Part shown: positions 37,921 through 48,833 of the stretch, in pieces
Layout of the letters: each line of letters starts with the position of its first letter
Position numbering within the stretch: position 1 is the first letter of the stretch
NCBI GenBank assembly: GCA_903910645.1
Contig: CAIWAD010000113.1
Span: 45,564 to 109,563 of the forward strand
Length of the DNA: 64,000 bases
From: an uncultured bacterium
Lineage (GTDB): Bacteria; CAIWAD01
Reading direction: 5' to 3'
The notes under the pieces: generated by a model
Told to the model about the DNA's origin: nothing
The model's database searches: none
What the model saw: only the letters and a program-made list of their open reading frames with translations
Program-made: the position numbers and the translations under genes

Positions 37921-39342
37921 ATGCGATATTCGGCCATGGAAAGGCCCCACACCCAGCGTCCAATCCGCTTGAGCAGCGCCGCCAAGGCCATTCTGGCCCT
38001 TGTCCTGCTCCTCTGCGCCCCGCCCGGAGAGGGGCAGGCCTCCACCCGGCTGGAGGATACGCGCCGCCAATTGGACAGTCTGGCCCGCGCCCAGGAAACC
38101 CAGCGGGGACGCCTGGCGGATCTGTCCGGCCGCGAGGCGGGTGGACTGGATCGCCTGGATCGTCTGGAGGAGCAGGGTGCGGCGCGGCGGCGCCTGTGTC
38201 GCCAACTGGAACAGGAGATTGTCCTGTTGCAGGAGGGTGAGGCGCAGCAAGGTCAGGAGTTGGAACGAAGCCTTTTACGCCTGGACAGCCTTGCCCGGGG
38301 CAGCGATCACGCCAAAACACAGGATGTGGCCCTGCGTCGGGAAAGCGCCCAACTGGCCCGCAAGCTCTTTCCCTTGCGCAGGGTGGACGGTCTGGCCCTG
38401 TGGTTCTCCTCCGCCTGGCAGGCGCGAGAGGGCCGCAGTCTGCGTCTGCTCCCTTATCTGCTGGATGGTCTCCGATCCCGATTGCTGGAGCTGGCGGGGG
38501 TGCAACGGCTGCTGCGCGGAATGCAGGATGGCACGCGGCAGGAGGGAGAACTGCATCGCCAACTGCTCCAGCAGAAGACCCGGGACAAAACACGCGCTGG
38601 CGATGCCCGCCAGGAGGCCGCGCGGGAACTGGATCAGCTGAAAGTGGAGGAGGCGGAACAGGGCCGTCTGCTGACCCAAGTGCGGCGGGACAAGGCCCTG
38701 GCGGCGGAGCAGGCGGAACGCATGCGCCGGGCAGGCGATGAAGTGGCCCGGCAGGTGGCGGATTTGCAGCGTCGCTGGACGGAGCGCGAGAGTCGCCTGG
38801 GCGAGGAGAAACGCCGCCAGGATGCCGTGGCCGGCCGACTGGCCAAAGAAGAGAGTGCGCCATCCGCGGTTCGTCCTGCGCCAGGTCCACTTCCAGCGCC
38901 CGCCACACCACGCACACAGGACAATGCCCCCACCGGCGGACTGTCCGACTTGCGCGGCCGCTTGCCGGCTCCGGTGGGTGGCAAGGTGATCCGACCCTAT
39001 GGCTCCCGTCAGGACACCGCACTTGGGACCGTGCTGGACAATCCCGGAGTGGACTATCGCTGTGCGCCGGGCAGCCCCGTCAAGGCCGTGCACACAGGTC
39101 GCGTTGAGAAAATCACCTGGGTGGCCGGCTTCGGCAACACCATCCTCCTGTCCCATGGTCAGGATTGCTGGACTGTTTACGCCAAGCTGGAGGATGTGGA
39201 TGTGCGCGAAGGTCAAAGCGTGGCGGGCGGCCAGCTGCTGGGACGCGCCGGACGCTTCGACAGCGCCGATCAGGGCGCCCTTCATTTCGAGTTGTGGCAG
39301 GATCGCCAGGCCCGCAACCCCGGCCAGTGGCTGAAGCCCTGA
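37921..39342 (+). CDS. EnvC-like M23 peptidase with an N-terminal coiled coil
   Basis: Signal peptide and a long Q/E/R/L-rich coiled-coil region. C-terminal M23 (LytM) domain with HxxxD/HxH-like residues (GFGNTILLSHG...HFELW). Start is ambiguous (37897 GTG, 37921 or 37936). Confidence 0.75.
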   Translation: MRYSAMERPHTQRPIRLSSAAKAILALVLLLCAPPGEGQASTRLEDTRRQLDSLARAQETQRGRLADLSGREAGGLDRLDRLEEQGAARRRLCRQLEQEIVLLQEGEAQQGQELERSLLRLDSLARGSDHAKTQDVALRRESAQLARKLFPLRRVDGLALWFSSAWQAREGRSLRLLPYLLDGLRSRLLELAGVQRLLRGMQDGTRQEGELHRQLLQQKTRDKTRAGDARQEAARELDQLKVEEAEQGRLLTQVRRDKALAAEQAERMRRAGDEVARQVADLQRRWTERESRLGEEKRRQDAVAGRLAKEESAPSAVRPAPGPLPAPATPRTQDNAPTGGLSDLRGRLPAPVGGKVIRPYGSRQDTALGTVLDNPGVDYRCAPGSPVKAVHTGRVEKITWVAGFGNTILLSHGQDCWTVYAKLEDVDVREGQSVAGGQLLGRAGRFDSADQGALHFELWQDRQARNPGQWLKP

Positions 39343-39425
39343 TCCAGGGCGGGCGGGTTCCCACCGGAAGGCCCCCCGGCGCCCGCCGTTCCTTACCTTC
39401 AAAGCAGTCACGATGGAAGGGGCAC

Positions 39426-40592
39426 ATGTCCACTTATCAGCAGCTGGCAGGTCAGGATGTCCTGGTGCGCATCCTGCGGCGTGCAATGCGCCGTGGGCAA
39501 ATGGCGCATGCCCTGCTGTTCCATGGCGAAAATGGCCAGGGCATGGAGTTGGCGGCCTGGGCCCTGGCCCGCGCCTTGTTGTGCCAGGAAGGTGGCGAGG
39601 AGGCGTGCGAGCGCTGTCCTTCCTGCGCGAAAACCGCCCGTCTGGATCATCCGGATCTGGAGCTGGTGCTTCCCTTGCCCACCCTGGGCGCGGCGGCTGA
39701 CAGCGGGGAAGGCACCGACCAGGCGCTGGGAGACTTCGCCACCCAGGTGCGCCAGGCCTTGGGCAGCTGGATGGAGAAGCCCCACTTCTCTCCGCATGTG
39801 GACAAGGCCCGCCAGATCCAGGTGGCCCAGGTGCGCGCCCTGAAGAAGTGGGCCCTCATGCGCAGTTTTGAGGGCGGGCGGCGTGTGGCCATCCTCTTCG
39901 ATGCCGGGCGGATGGGCATTCAGGCCCAGAATGCCCTGCTGAAGTTGCTGGAGGAGCCCCCCGACGGTCTGGTTCTGCTCCTGTGCACGCATCAGCCGGA
40001 AGCCCTGCTGCCCACCATCCTCAGCCGTTGCCAGCAACTGCACCTGCGGCCGGTGCAATTGGAGCTTCTTGCCGCCTGGGTGGCTGGCCAGGGCCTGGAC
40101 GAAAGCTGCGGCATGGACGCCCATGAGCTGGCCCAACTGTCCAGCGGCAATCCGGGGCGCGCCGTGGAGCTGGCGGATGAGCTGAAATCCGGCGAGCAGG
40201 ACACGCTGTGGCGACCGGAAGCCTTCATTCGAGACATCCTGGCTCGGGAAAGCGATGCGCTCTATCAGCGCATTGTGTCCATGGAGGAATCCCGGGACCG
40301 GGAGCGGGTGAAGCGCTTCCTGGAAGATTTGCAGATCTGGCTGATGGACGCCGAACTGGTGCGCCTGCTGGGCGCGGAAGCAGCGCCCCGGGTGGTGAAC
40401 CGCCAGCAACTGACCAAGCTGGAGACCTTCAGCTCACGCTGGCACTATCCCCGCCTTGACCTGTTGCTGGAAAGCCTGGGAACGGCATCCCGGCGCCTGG
40501 ACCGCAACGTCAACACCTTTTTGCTGCTCACCACTCTGGCGCAAGCCATGCGCCGGGCGGCTGAGCCCATTGCACGAAAGCAACCTGCATGA
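39426..40592 (+). CDS. holB: DNA polymerase III delta' subunit
   Basis: AAA+ clamp-loader fold with HALLFHGENG P-loop-like region and a Zn module CxxC...CxxC (CERCPSC). Confidence 0.85.
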   Translation: MSTYQQLAGQDVLVRILRRAMRRGQMAHALLFHGENGQGMELAAWALARALLCQEGGEEACERCPSCAKTARLDHPDLELVLPLPTLGAAADSGEGTDQALGDFATQVRQALGSWMEKPHFSPHVDKARQIQVAQVRALKKWALMRSFEGGRRVAILFDAGRMGIQAQNALLKLLEEPPDGLVLLLCTHQPEALLPTILSRCQQLHLRPVQLELLAAWVAGQGLDESCGMDAHELAQLSSGNPGRAVELADELKSGEQDTLWRPEAFIRDILARESDALYQRIVSMEESRDRERVKRFLEDLQIWLMDAELVRLLGAEAAPRVVNRQQLTKLETFSSRWHYPRLDLLLESLGTASRRLDRNVNTFLLLTTLAQAMRRAAEPIARKQPA

Positions 40593-41674
40593 ACTTTTTC
40601 GAGATCCAGTTCAAAGGAAACCGCCGCGCCGCCTTCACCAATCCCATGGGCTTCCCTGTGAAACTTGGGGACCATGTCATTGTGAACGCGGAAAAGGGCG
40701 AAGATCTGGGCCGCGTGGTGCAGATCAGCGAGGTGGACCGCATTTCGCAGGAGGAGGAGCGCCATGAAGTGCGCACCATTGTGCGCAAGGCGGGTCCCCA
40801 TGATTTCCAGCGGCGCCGCCGCAACCTGCAGAAGGAGAACCGTGCCGAGGAGGTGTGCCGCCGTCTGGTGCTGGATCATCGTCTGGCCATGAAAGTGGTG
40901 AACGTGGAGTTCCAGCTGGATGGCAAGAAGGTCACCTTCTTCTTCACCGCCGAAGGCCGCGTGGACTTCCGCAACCTGGTGCGGGACCTGGCGGGGGAAC
41001 TGCGCACACGCATCGAGCTGCGTCAGATCGGCGCCAGGGACGAGGCGCGCAAGTTCGGCGGCTTCGGGCCCTGTGGCCAGCGCCAGTGCTGCAGTGGCTG
41101 GTTGTCGCGTTTCGACCCCGTGACCACCTCCATGGCCAAGGAGCAGAACCTGCCCTTGAACCCGGTGAAGCTCTCCGGCAACTGTGGGCGTTTGAAGTGC
41201 TGCCTGCGCTATGAGTTGGACTTCTATCGCAGCGAATTGAAGCGCTACCCGCCCCTGGAGCGGGCGGTGGAGACCCTGCGCGGGGCCGTCTTCATTGAGA
41301 AGATCGACATCTTCAATGAAGACGTGCTCATCCGCTACGCCACGGGCGAGCTGGAGTCCGTCTCTCGGGCGGATTTGGAGCGCCTGATGAATTTCGACCC
41401 CGCCGAGAACCACTGCGAGGGAGCCTGTGGCCGCGAGGGTCTGGGTCCTGAGGACGCGCCTCCACCGGCGGAGCCCGGCATCCTGGTGGCCGCCGCCCTT
41501 CCCCCTGCGGACCTTCCTCCACTGGAGGAAGACGAGGAGGGTGAGGATGGGGCCGAAGGTCCTCCCGGCGAGGAAACTTCCGAGGCCCGTGGAGACGCCC
41601 AGCGTCGCCGCCGGGGTCGGCGGGGTGGGCGCCGCAACCGCCGTCCGGGAGAGGGTGGGGGCCAGGAGTCCTAA
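40589..41674 (+). CDS. PSP1 C-terminal domain protein (RicT/YaaT-like)
   Basis: PSP1 domain similarity, ATGA overlap with holB (holB-yaaT synteny as in Bacillus), and an acidic/Arg-rich tail. Confidence 0.85.
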   Translation: MNFFEIQFKGNRRAAFTNPMGFPVKLGDHVIVNAEKGEDLGRVVQISEVDRISQEEERHEVRTIVRKAGPHDFQRRRRNLQKENRAEEVCRRLVLDHRLAMKVVNVEFQLDGKKVTFFFTAEGRVDFRNLVRDLAGELRTRIELRQIGARDEARKFGGFGPCGQRQCCSGWLSRFDPVTTSMAKEQNLPLNPVKLSGNCGRLKCCLRYELDFYRSELKRYPPLERAVETLRGAVFIEKIDIFNEDVLIRYATGELESVSRADLERLMNFDPAENHCEGACGREGLGPEDAPPPAEPGILVAAALPPADLPPLEEDEEGEDGAEGPPGEETSEARGDAQRRRRGRRGGRRNRRPGEGGGQES

Positions 41675-41886
41675 GCGACCGCCAGGGCCGCTTCACGCTC
41701 TTCACGCCCCAGGCGGGATTGGTTTCTTGGAGGTTCTTGCGGGCAGATCCATTCGCCCGCGAGCACTTCACAGCAGCCGCCGCCACTTGGGCACGAAGCT
41801 TGGCGATGAAGTGGGTCCGGCGGACATGCGGCCCTCCACATGGCGGGTCTTTTCAATGGATCAAGGATTGTGCCACAGGAGGGAAG

Positions 41887-43824
41887 GTGAAGCCGTACTA
41901 CATCACCACGCCGATCTACTATGTGAACTCTGATCTGCATCTGGGCCACGCCTACACCACGGTGCTGGCTGATGTCTTCACGCGCTTCCACCGTCTGCTG
42001 GGGCGCGAGGCTTTCTTCCTGACCGGTGACGACGAGCATGGCCAGAAGGTGCTGGAGGCCGCCCAGCGCGCAGGCATCTCCCCAAAAGAGCTGTGCGACC
42101 GCATGAGCGTGCGCTTCCGTGATCTGTGGACGCGCCTGAACATTGACTACAGCCATTACATCCGCACCACGGATCCCGGGCATGTGACTGTGGTGCAGGC
42201 CATGCTGCAGCGCCTGCACGATGGCGGCCATCTTTACGCCGCGGATTATGAAGGCCAATACTGCGTGCCCTGCGAGCGCTTCTACACGGAGAAGGACCTG
42301 GTGGATGGCGGCTGTCCGGAGTGCCATCGCCCAGTGGAGCTGCTGAAGGAGCGCAACTGGTACTTCCGCATGAGCGCCTTCCAGGACTGGCTGGTGGCGC
42401 ACATCGAGGCCAATCCGGACTTCATCCTTCCCCACACCCGGCGCAACGAGGTGCTGGGTTTCCTGCGCCAACCCTTGCGGGATTTGTGCATAAGCCGCAA
42501 CAAGGAGCGCATGAGCTGGGGCATTGAACTGCCCTTCGACACGGACTATGTGTGCTATGTGTGGGTGGACGCCCTGTTGAACTATGTCTCCGGCGCGGGT
42601 CTGGGGCAGGATGGCGAGCGCTTCCAGAGCCTGTGGCCCGCGGACGCCCACCTGATTGGCAAGGACATTCTCACCACCCATTGCGTCTACTGGCCCACCC
42701 TGCTGAAGGCGCTGGACATCGAAGCTCCCAAGAGCTTCCTCATCCACGGCTGGTGGCTGGCGGGCGAGCAGAAAATGTCCAAGAGCCTGGGGAATGTGGT
42801 GCAACCACTGGACCTCATCGACCGCGTGGGCGTGGATGCCTTCCGCTTCTTCCTGATCCGCGAGATGGTGCCCTGGAACGACAGTTCCTTCAGCGCCGAA
42901 CTGCTGGTGAAGCGGGTGAACACGGATCTGGCCAACGATTTGGGCAACCTGCTCAGCCGCGTGACCAACCTGGCGGCGCGGCACTTTGATGGCAATCTGC
43001 CCGCCGCCACGGGCGCCACGGGAGGCGGTGCGCTGCGCCAGGCGGCGGAGCTGCTGGTGGAGGGCATGGAGCAGCGTCTGGAGCGCATGGATCTTTACGG
43101 GCTGCTGGAGCAGGTCTTTGGCCTGTTGCGCCTGGGGAACCAGTGGATGGAGCAGTGCGCACCATGGAAGCTGGTGAAGACGGAAGCCGAGGCCGCGGGC
43201 CATGTGCTGGCCGACATGGCCGAACTGCTGCGCCTGTGCGCCAGCCTCCTACACCCGGTGATGCCGGTCCTGTGCACGCGCATGCTTGAGCGGCTGGGCG
43301 CCGAGGCTCCGGCGCGGGATGGCCTGTGCTGGAAGGAGCGGGGCGTGGGTCGCATTGTTCATGGGGATCCGCTGGTGCCTCGCATGGACGAGGAGGCCTT
43401 CCTGGCATCCCTGGCGCCTCCCGCGGAGTCCACAACAGCTGACGCCCCTGTCCCGGCAGCCCCAGGGAAGACCGGTGATTCATCCTCACCTGTGGGCGAG
43501 GGCCTCATCGCCTTTGGGGATTTCGGCAAGGTCAAGCTGGTGGCGGCCCGCATCTTGGCGGCCCAGCCCGTCAAGGGCGCCGACCGGGTGCTGCAGTTAA
43601 GCGTGGACTGCGGCGAAGTCCAGGCGCGCACCATTGTGGCGGGCATTGCCGCGGACCATGCGCCGGAAAGCCTGCCCGGGCGCATGATTTGTGTGGTCGC
43701 AAACCTGGAACCCGCCAAGATCCGGGGCATCCTCAGCCAGGGCATGCTGCTGGCGGCCAAGGGTCCCCAGGGGCTGGCCCTGCTGGATCCAGGCCCCGTG
43801 CCGCCGGGGACGCCAATTGGTTGA
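41887..43824 (+). CDS. metG: Methionyl-tRNA synthetase with a C-terminal EMAP/tRNA-binding domain
   Basis: HLGH (HLGHAYT) and KMSKS motifs, and a Zn knuckle CPECH. GTG start with a GGAGGGAAG RBS. Confidence 0.95.
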   Translation: MKPYYITTPIYYVNSDLHLGHAYTTVLADVFTRFHRLLGREAFFLTGDDEHGQKVLEAAQRAGISPKELCDRMSVRFRDLWTRLNIDYSHYIRTTDPGHVTVVQAMLQRLHDGGHLYAADYEGQYCVPCERFYTEKDLVDGGCPECHRPVELLKERNWYFRMSAFQDWLVAHIEANPDFILPHTRRNEVLGFLRQPLRDLCISRNKERMSWGIELPFDTDYVCYVWVDALLNYVSGAGLGQDGERFQSLWPADAHLIGKDILTTHCVYWPTLLKALDIEAPKSFLIHGWWLAGEQKMSKSLGNVVQPLDLIDRVGVDAFRFFLIREMVPWNDSSFSAELLVKRVNTDLANDLGNLLSRVTNLAARHFDGNLPAATGATGGGALRQAAELLVEGMEQRLERMDLYGLLEQVFGLLRLGNQWMEQCAPWKLVKTEAEAAGHVLADMAELLRLCASLLHPVMPVLCTRMLERLGAEAPARDGLCWKERGVGRIVHGDPLVPRMDEEAFLASLAPPAESTTADAPVPAAPGKTGDSSSPVGEGLIAFGDFGKVKLVAARILAAQPVKGADRVLQLSVDCGEVQARTIVAGIAADHAPESLPGRMICVVANLEPAKIRGILSQGMLLAAKGPQGLALLDPGPVPPGTPIG

Positions 43825-43858
43825 TTGATTGGGGATCCTTCGTTGTCGGGGGGACAGA

Positions 43859-46501
43859 ATGAGCCATCGCTTGCTGATCCCGCTGATGGAGAGCAGCCAC
43901 AAGGGCTGTCTGCTCACGGGTCCACAGGGCATTGTGGCGGTGAACGCGGCACTGGAAGCCATGTGCGGCCTGGGCGCCGCCGTGTTGCTGGGCAGGGATC
44001 CCGCAACCCTCATCAGTCCGGCACCTCGCCCGGGCTTCCGCGGCATGGCGCTGCTGGACGCTCAGGACGGCGGACGGCTGCTGGAATGCCAGTGCCACGG
44101 CGGGGAGGACGAGTGGCTGGTGATCCTGGGCGATCCCGCCAGTTTGGACGCCGAGCAACTCTCGGGACGCCTGCAGACCATTCTTGAGATCTCCCGCAAA
44201 ATGGCCGGCGCCGCGGACACGGGCGAACTGCTGCGGGAAATCACGCGGGCCTGCCGCCATCTGGTGGACTCCCATGACACCACCATCTACGGGCTGGCTC
44301 CCGAGGGAGACCGGCTCATCCCCCTCTTCACCGACGCCCCGGATTGGGGCGATCTCACCATGAGTTTCGAAATCCCGCTGGGCACGGGCCTTACCGGCCA
44401 TGTGGCGCGCACGGGACAGGCGACCATCGTCAACGATCCTGCCTCCAGCCCATTGGTGGTGCAGGTTCCGGGCACTCCCGACGAGGCGGACGAAGTCTTG
44501 ATGAGCGTGCCCCTGGTGGCGGGGGAGCGCGTGCTGGGCGCCATTACACTGGCGCGTCCGGTGGACAAGCCCTTCGCCGTAAGTGATCTGGAGATCATCA
44601 GCATCCTGGCCGGACAGGCCGCCGTGCTTTTGGCCCAGACCGAGCTCATCCATCTCATCGCCGAATCCGAGCACCAGTTCCGCAGCCTGGTGGAGAATGC
44701 GCACATCGGCCTGTTCCGTCTGAACCCAGACGGAAGCGTGGTGGGCGTGAATCCCTATGTCTGCCGCGTGCTGGCGCTGCCATCGGCGCTAGATGTGGAA
44801 CCCCGCCGCATCTGGGGCAGTGAGCGCGCCCACCAGGATTTCATGGCCCGCCTGGCGCAGGATGGCGTCGTCACCGATGAACCGGTCACCACCATGAGTG
44901 GCGACGGCCGGGTGGTGGAGTTGCTGGTGTCGGCACGCCGGGTGGAGGGGCAACAGGAGTTCGAAGGCAGTCTGCGGGACGACACGGAGCGCCACCACCT
45001 AGAGCTGGAGAGCCGGGCCCGCCTGGCGTTCCTGGACAACCTGCTCTCCCAATTGCCATTGGGTCTGGTGGTGCTGGATCCGGGTGGCAATGTGCGGCAA
45101 CACAACGCCTTCTTCGTCCGTCTGCTTGGCTTGTCTTCCACAGATGAGGCCGCGGCGGCCTTCGAGAGCCTGCGCCAGCGTCTTCCGGAGATTGCCCGGC
45201 TGTGGCAGCGCGCCCTGCGCAGGGAGGCCGGCCGGGCCGAGGAGCTGGCCCTGCCTGCTGATTGCTGCGGCGATGGCGGCCTGCGCCACATTTCCGCCAC
45301 CACGGTGCCCATGAGCAACCAGGCTGCCGTGCTCACGGATGTGGTCTTCCTCTTCGAGGATGTCAGCGAGCGCCGCCAACTGCGCAACCAGCTGATCCAG
45401 CGGCAGAAGATGGACAGTGTAGGCAGTCTGGCGGGAGGCCTGGCCCATGACTTCAACACCATCCTTTCCGGCATCCTGGGCAACACGGGACAGCTCCGTC
45501 GCCTGGCGGATGGCCAAGAGGAGCTGACTCCGCCCCTGGACACCATTGAACGCAGTGTGGCCCAGGCCGCCCAGCTTACTCGGCAGCTCCTGGGATTTGC
45601 CCGCAAAGGATCGGAAAGCATGGGCGCGGTAAGCTTGAACACCGCCGCCGTGCACAGCCTGGATCTGTTCCGTCGCACCATGAAGGCGGGAATCCGTCTG
45701 GACGAGGATCTGGCCCAGCAGCTTCCCCCCTTGCGTGGCGACGCCATGCAGGTGGAGCAAGCCATCCTGAATCTGCTTATCAACGCCGCCGACGCCATGG
45801 ATCAGGGCGGCGTGATCAGTGTGCGCACGCGGCTGAGGCTGGGGGATCCCAATGCCCATGCCGAGGGGCGGACGCCGGTGGAGCGTTGGCTGGAGGTGGA
45901 GATTCAGGACACGGGCACGGGCATTCCCGATGAGCATCTGGGCAAGGTCTTCGACCCCTTTTTCACCACCAAGGAAAAGGGCCAGGGCAGCGGGCTGGGC
46001 CTGGCCATGGTCTTCACCATCATGCAACGGCACGGTGGACGGGCTGAAATCCAGAGCCGTGTGGGTTACGGCACGCGGCTCAGGCTGCTCTTTCCCGCCC
46101 AGGAAGCCGCCGAGAGTTCCACCGCGGAAGTGGATGCCAGTGCCATGGTGTGGGTGGCCGACGACGACGAGGTCCTGCGCACCATGCTGCGGCGCGTGCT
46201 GGAGAGCCTGCGTTACCGCGTAAAGGTGTTCGACGGCGGCGCCTCGCTGCTGGAGGCCCTCCGCCAAAGTCCCGGCGACCCGGACATCTTCCTGCTGGAT
46301 GTGCTCATGCCCGGCATGAGCGGCATCGAGCTGCGCCATGAGATCGCCGGCCTGCGGCCGGATCTCCGTGTGGTCTTCTGCAGCGGCTACACGCAGGACC
46401 AGCAAGAAGAGCTGATGGGCCTGCCCGGCGTGAAGGGCTTCGTGGGAAAACCCTTCACCATTTCCACCATGGCGACACTTATGCAGCGCGCCCTCAGTTG
46501 A
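43859..46501 (+). CDS. Hybrid sensor histidine kinase (GAF + PAS + HisKA + HATPase_c + C-terminal REC)
   Basis: H-box HDFNTILSGI, G-boxes GSGLGL, and receiver WVADDDEVLRTML...DVLMPGMSG. Confidence 0.85.
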   Translation: MSHRLLIPLMESSHKGCLLTGPQGIVAVNAALEAMCGLGAAVLLGRDPATLISPAPRPGFRGMALLDAQDGGRLLECQCHGGEDEWLVILGDPASLDAEQLSGRLQTILEISRKMAGAADTGELLREITRACRHLVDSHDTTIYGLAPEGDRLIPLFTDAPDWGDLTMSFEIPLGTGLTGHVARTGQATIVNDPASSPLVVQVPGTPDEADEVLMSVPLVAGERVLGAITLARPVDKPFAVSDLEIISILAGQAAVLLAQTELIHLIAESEHQFRSLVENAHIGLFRLNPDGSVVGVNPYVCRVLALPSALDVEPRRIWGSERAHQDFMARLAQDGVVTDEPVTTMSGDGRVVELLVSARRVEGQQEFEGSLRDDTERHHLELESRARLAFLDNLLSQLPLGLVVLDPGGNVRQHNAFFVRLLGLSSTDEAAAAFESLRQRLPEIARLWQRALRREAGRAEELALPADCCGDGGLRHISATTVPMSNQAAVLTDVVFLFEDVSERRQLRNQLIQRQKMDSVGSLAGGLAHDFNTILSGILGNTGQLRRLADGQEELTPPLDTIERSVAQAAQLTRQLLGFARKGSESMGAVSLNTAAVHSLDLFRRTMKAGIRLDEDLAQQLPPLRGDAMQVEQAILNLLINAADAMDQGGVISVRTRLRLGDPNAHAEGRTPVERWLEVEIQDTGTGIPDEHLGKVFDPFFTTKEKGQGSGLGLAMVFTIMQRHGGRAEIQSRVGYGTRLRLLFPAQEAAESSTAEVDASAMVWVADDDEVLRTMLRRVLESLRYRVKVFDGGASLLEALRQSPGDPDIFLLDVLMPGMSGIELRHEIAGLRPDLRVVFCSGYTQDQQEELMGLPGVKGFVGKPFTISTMATLMQRALS

Positions 46502-48833
46502 GGACGCGGGCCAGCACTTCCTCCAGACGGGACACGCCCACGATCTCCAGGTCGGCGCGGATTTCCGCCGGAATCTCCTCCACATCCTTCAGGTTGTCCG
46601 CCGGGGCAAGAATGGTGCGGATGCCCGCCCGGTGGGCGGCCATCACTTTCTCCCTCAATCCGCCGATGGGCAGCACCTTGCCCCGCAGGCTGAGTTCGCC
46701 CGTCATGGCCACATCGTGGCGCAGGGGCCGGTGGCTGAGCAGCGAGACCAGGCAGCTGGCAATGGCAATGCCCGCCGAGGGGCCGTCCTTTGGCGTGGAA
46801 CCCTCGGGGAAGTGCAAGTGCAGATCCGTGGTGCGGTGGAAGTCGGGATCAATGCCCAGCTCCGCCGCGTGGCTGCGGATGTAGCTAAGGGCAATCTCGC
46901 CGGATTCACGCATCACTTCGCCCAGACTGCCCGTCAGGCGCAAATGGCCGCCGCCCGGCATGGATCCCGCCTCAATGAACATCAGGGCGCCACCATAGGG
47001 CGTCCAGGCCATGCCCGTGGCCACGCCCACCTCAGGCTGGCGATTGGCCGTCTCGGGCGTGATGCGGCGGTTGCCCAGCAGGTCCCGCACCACGGTGCGG
47101 CCAGCCTTCACATGAAGGTCCTCGCCTTCCGCCACGCGCCGCGCCACCTTGCGCGCCACGCTGCCAATGCGCTGCTCCAGTTGGCGAACCCCCGCTTCGC
47201 GCGTGTACTCTTCAATGACTGTGCGCAGACCCTCCGGCTGGAAGGCCAGCTGGGCACGCTTCAGGCCACAGGCCTCCAGCTGCCTCGGCACCAGGTATTG
47301 CCGGGCGATCTCCAGCTTTTCCGTGGGCAGGTAACCCGCCAACTGGATGACCTCCATGCGGTCACGCAGCGGCGCCGGAATGCGCTCCAGCTGGTTGGCC
47401 GTGGCAATGAACATCACCTGGCTAAGATCCACCGGCACTTCCATGTAGTGGTCGGCGAAAGTGTGGTTCTGGGCGGGATCCAGCACCTCCAGCAGGGCGG
47501 CGGCGGGATCGCCCTTCACATCGGCGCCCAGCTTGTCGATTTCGTCCAGCATGAAGACCGGGTTGGTGCAGCCCACCTCGCGCAGCTTCTGCACAATGCG
47601 GCCGGGCATGGCGCCCACATAGGTGCGGCGATGGCCGCGGATCTCGCTTTCATCATGCACGCCGCCCAGGGCCAGGCGCACGAAGCGGCGCCCCAGTGAC
47701 TCGGCAATGCTCTTCCCCAGGCTGGTCTTGCCCACGCCGGGAGGTCCGGCGAAGCAGAGGATGGGGCTCTTGCGTCCGCCGCCGGTGAGCTTGCGCACGG
47801 CGATGAACTCCAGGATGCGCTCCTTCACGGTCTCCAGGCCGTAGTGGTCGCGGTCCAGGATGCGCCGGGCGCGGCCCACATCATGCCGGTCGCGGTCCTG
47901 CTTGGACCAGGGGAATTGCACCAGCCAGTCCACATAGGTGCGGGCCACGCTGAACTCCCCGGACGAGGGGCTCATGCGCCCCAGACGACGCAGCTCGCGC
48001 AGGCCGCACTCACGCACACCCTCCGGCATGCCCTGTGCCTCGAAACGCTTGCGCAGCTCTTCCAACTCCGCCTGGGCATCCTCATCCTCACCCAGCTCGT
48101 GACGGATGACTTTGATCTGCTCGCGGAGGTAGTACTCCTTCTGGTTGCGGTCCATGGCGCTGGCCAGGTCGTCCTGGATTTTGCGCGACAGCTCCGCCAG
48201 CTCCACTTCCCGACGAAGCAGCTTCAGCACGGCCTTGGCCCGCTCCACCACGCCCAGTTCCCCCAGCACGCGCTGGCGATCCACCACACTGAAGCTGAGG
48301 TTGGCGCAGATAAGGTCCGCCATGCGACCCAGCTCCGGCACACTGCGCAGGGATTGGCGCAGCTCATCCCCCACCCAGCTGTTGTGCTGGCAGAAATCCT
48401 CAAAGGACTTCTGCAGGGCCTGACGGTAGCTCTCCGTGCGCACCGAGGTGCGCATGTCGTCGCTGTGGCGCTCCACCTTCACCATCAGGTGCGGCGAGCG
48501 GGCGGCCACCTCCTGGAAGCGCAGACGGCCCACACCCTGCAGCAACAAACCCAGGCTGCCGTCGGGCACGCTGAACATTTTCAGGACCTGGGCGGCGGCG
48601 CCCACCGGGGCCAGGCGGCCATTCTCCTCGTTCTCCTGCTTCAGGAAAACGGCCAGCATGCGGCTGCCGCGCAAGGCGTCCTGCACGGCGCGGATGAGGC
48701 GGGGATCGCTGACCACATAGGGCAGCACCAGTCCGGGAAACACCACCGCGTCGGTGACAGGCAACAGGTGCAGGACTTCGGGGAATGTGGTGGCGGGAAC
48801 CAGTTCCTGGCCCTCGGGCACATCGGTTCTCAT
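46494..48833 (-). CDS. lon: ATP-dependent Lon protease
   Basis: LON N-domain, AAA+ (GPPGVGKTS), and a protease domain with the catalytic S in PKDGPSAG. Confidence 0.95.
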   Translation of the reverse strand: MRTDVPEGQELVPATTFPEVLHLLPVTDAVVFPGLVLPYVVSDPRLIRAVQDALRGSRMLAVFLKQENEENGRLAPVGAAAQVLKMFSVPDGSLGLLLQGVGRLRFQEVAARSPHLMVKVERHSDDMRTSVRTESYRQALQKSFEDFCQHNSWVGDELRQSLRSVPELGRMADLICANLSFSVVDRQRVLGELGVVERAKAVLKLLRREVELAELSRKIQDDLASAMDRNQKEYYLREQIKVIRHELGEDEDAQAELEELRKRFEAQGMPEGVRECGLRELRRLGRMSPSSGEFSVARTYVDWLVQFPWSKQDRDRHDVGRARRILDRDHYGLETVKERILEFIAVRKLTGGGRKSPILCFAGPPGVGKTSLGKSIAESLGRRFVRLALGGVHDESEIRGHRRTYVGAMPGRIVQKLREVGCTNPVFMLDEIDKLGADVKGDPAAALLEVLDPAQNHTFADHYMEVPVDLSQVMFIATANQLERIPAPLRDRMEVIQLAGYLPTEKLEIARQYLVPRQLEACGLKRAQLAFQPEGLRTVIEEYTREAGVRQLEQRIGSVARKVARRVAEGEDLHVKAGRTVVRDLLGNRRITPETANRQPEVGVATGMAWTPYGGALMFIEAGSMPGGGHLRLTGSLGEVMRESGEIALSYIRSHAAELGIDPDFHRTTDLHLHFPEGSTPKDGPSAGIAIASCLVSLLSHRPLRHDVAMTGELSLRGKVLPIGGLREKVMAAHRAGIRTILAPADNLKDVEEIPAEIRADLEIVGVSRLEEVLARVLN

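Noticed and set aside
44999-46585. 528-aa minus-strand ORF
   Set aside because: Antisense to the hybrid histidine kinase.
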